A DNA stretch of 64,000 nucleotides from Oopsacas minuta. Lineage: Eukaryota; Animalia; Porifera. Under the pieces are notes generated by a model. That model made no database searches. It was not told where the DNA came from and worked only from the letters and a program-made list of their open reading frames with translations. The stretch lies in the NCBI GenBank assembly GCA_024704765.1, contig JAKMXF010000011.1:355557-419556 (forward strand), given 5' to 3'. Made by a program: the position numbers and the translations under genes. Positions 62,617-64,000 of the stretch are shown here, one piece after another (positions within the stretch are counted from its first letter, which is position 1; the number at the start of each line of letters is the position of its first letter).

Positions 62617-63947
62617 CAGGGTGTTAAGAAATTGATGCCCTAATTATATTTGAGTAACAGTTTGAAATCAGCGGTATAGAAAGTGGTGATCACTTTCTAA
62701 TATAACCGCCTTTACGTTTTATACATAATTTAACTCTATTACACATCCCAGATACTAAATTCTCCAAAATTTCTGGAGATATCCTCGACCAAGCCAGCTT
62801 TACATGATTTTCCAGCATCAAAACGTTGGTTGGAGTAGGCATCATTTGAATATCATGTTTGACTATTGACCACAAATTTTCAATGGGATTGAGGTCCGGA
62901 GAGTTACCTGGCCAAGTTTCCTTTGTCCAAAATTCGACTAAATTGTTATCACACCATTCTTGCGTTTTTTTGGCAGTGTGAGCCGGAGCACCATCCTGTT
63001 GAAAGATGGCTCGTGACATGTCTGGCAACATCTTGCGACGTAAAATACTCGCTTCTTCTGGTTGGCGCTGCATAGTAGACATCAATGACTTATTCAATAT
63101 CTCTCTTACATAATAATCCGCGTTAACAGTTTGACCTTTGGGGATGATATGGAGTTCTGACACTGCACGATATGACATCATACCCCAAACGAGGATTTTT
63201 GAGGGGAATTTCACGGTTTCAGTTGGTAAAACTTGAGACTGTTTGTAAGCCCAGACACGATCATTCTGATGGTTTAAGTGAGGATATAATTCGAAGGGAG
63301 ACTCATCTGAGAACAATACCCGGCGCCACTCTTCTTTTTTCCAGGATTTCCGATCTTTACAAAATTGAAGGCGAGCCATCCGCTGTTTTTCGGTGATTTT
63401 TGGCTGTTTTTGAGGTTTAAAGGGCTTGACAGAGAGTGTACTTCTTAAATATGTATGTACTGTTACATGAGACACTGGGCATCCCTTGGAGTGTAAGCGC
63501 TTAGCCAATCTCCGCGTTGATTGGTGTCTTTTGCAAATCGATTTTGCAATGACGATTTTAGCAATTTTTGTGATTGTGGATTTGCATCCACGTCCAGGCT
63601 TGTTTTCGAGGGAGCGACCTGACTTATTGCGGCTCAACCAACGTCGAATTGTTCGAATATTTACTCCTAAGCTCTGTGAAACCCGTATCTGAGTCATTCC
63701 TACTGCCCTGCTTCTTGTGGCGGAAGTAGCTTCTTTGACCATTATTATACGCTATAATTTGTACAATCGGGTTTGATAATATACAAAATAGAAATTGGCA
63801 TTCTGACTGAGAATGGTATACTAAAATTGTCTAAAACTGGTTGTTAAAATGAAATAAGAGTGGGTGTATTTCATAAGATTGAACACTGAAACTATGGTTA
63901 CATTATTGTGGATTAAGTGATTAGGGCATCAATTTCTTAACACCCTG
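62617..63947 (-). mobile_element. Full-length Tc1-like DD37E element, 1331 bp
   Basis: Perfect 28-bp TIRs CAGGGTGTTAAGAAATTGATGCCCTAAT with TA on both flanks, enclosing one open ORF. Confidence 0.97.
62690..63742 (-). CDS. Tc1-like transposase, 350 aa, DD37E triad intact
   Basis: LFSDESPF (D1), FQQDGAPAHT (D2), WPGNSPDLNPIENLW (E), with 37 residues between D2 and E. No stops or frameshifts. Confidence 0.93.
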   Translation of the reverse strand: MVKEATSATRSRAVGMTQIRVSQSLGVNIRTIRRWLSRNKSGRSLENKPGRGCKSTITKIAKIVIAKSICKRHQSTRRLAKRLHSKGCPVSHVTVHTYLRSTLSVKPFKPQKQPKITEKQRMARLQFCKDRKSWKKEEWRRVLFSDESPFELYPHLNHQNDRVWAYKQSQVLPTETVKFPSKILVWGMMSYRAVSELHIIPKGQTVNADYYVREILNKSLMSTMQRQPEEASILRRKMLPDMSRAIFQQDGAPAHTAKKTQEWCDNNLVEFWTKETWPGNSPDLNPIENLWSIVKHDIQMMPTPTNVLMLENHVKLAWSRISPEILENLVSGMCNRVKLCIKRKGGYIRK

Positions 63948-64000
63948 TATATATTTTTGTCATGACGAGTAGGGTCGCTTATCTATTAAAAAAGACGACC

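Overview
This is an AT-rich eukaryotic (animal) genomic window, not prokaryotic DNA. The intron-poor host genes, NHL-repeat debris and DNA-transposon repertoire are reminiscent of a glass sponge such as Oopsacas minuta; that is inference only. Host genes: a single-exon DENND3-like Rab GEF (about 40.3-44.1 kb), a single-exon heat shock factor (about 47.7-49.1 kb), and an isolated first coding exon of mitochondrial 2-oxoglutarate dehydrogenase E1 (17.2-17.5 kb, minus strand). Most of the remainder is nested, mostly decayed DNA transposons: hAT (ZMYM1/ZNF862-like and Charlie/GTF2IRD2-like), four Tc1/mariner types (DD41D, DD37D, mariner, DD37E), pogo-type MITEs, P/THAP9, Merlin (ISXO2-like), Chapaev3, a probable Transib/RAG1-like remnant, and Helitron RepHel with microsatellite-bearing non-autonomous Helitrons. 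I recognised no reverse transcriptase, tRNA, rRNA or CRISPR array. Most worth a second look: (i) a decayed USP-like cysteine-protease ORF directly in front of a THAP/P-element transposase, possibly protease cargo; (ii) a Merlin element with 608-bp TIRs differing at one base around a dead, hAT-interrupted transposase; (iii) a Transib-like remnant starting with the RSS heptamer CACAGTG; (iv) an OGDH exon whose partner exons are not visible in the next 17 kb; (v) a DD37E element with perfect TIRs and an open ORF. All calls are by-eye motif recognition; no database search was run.
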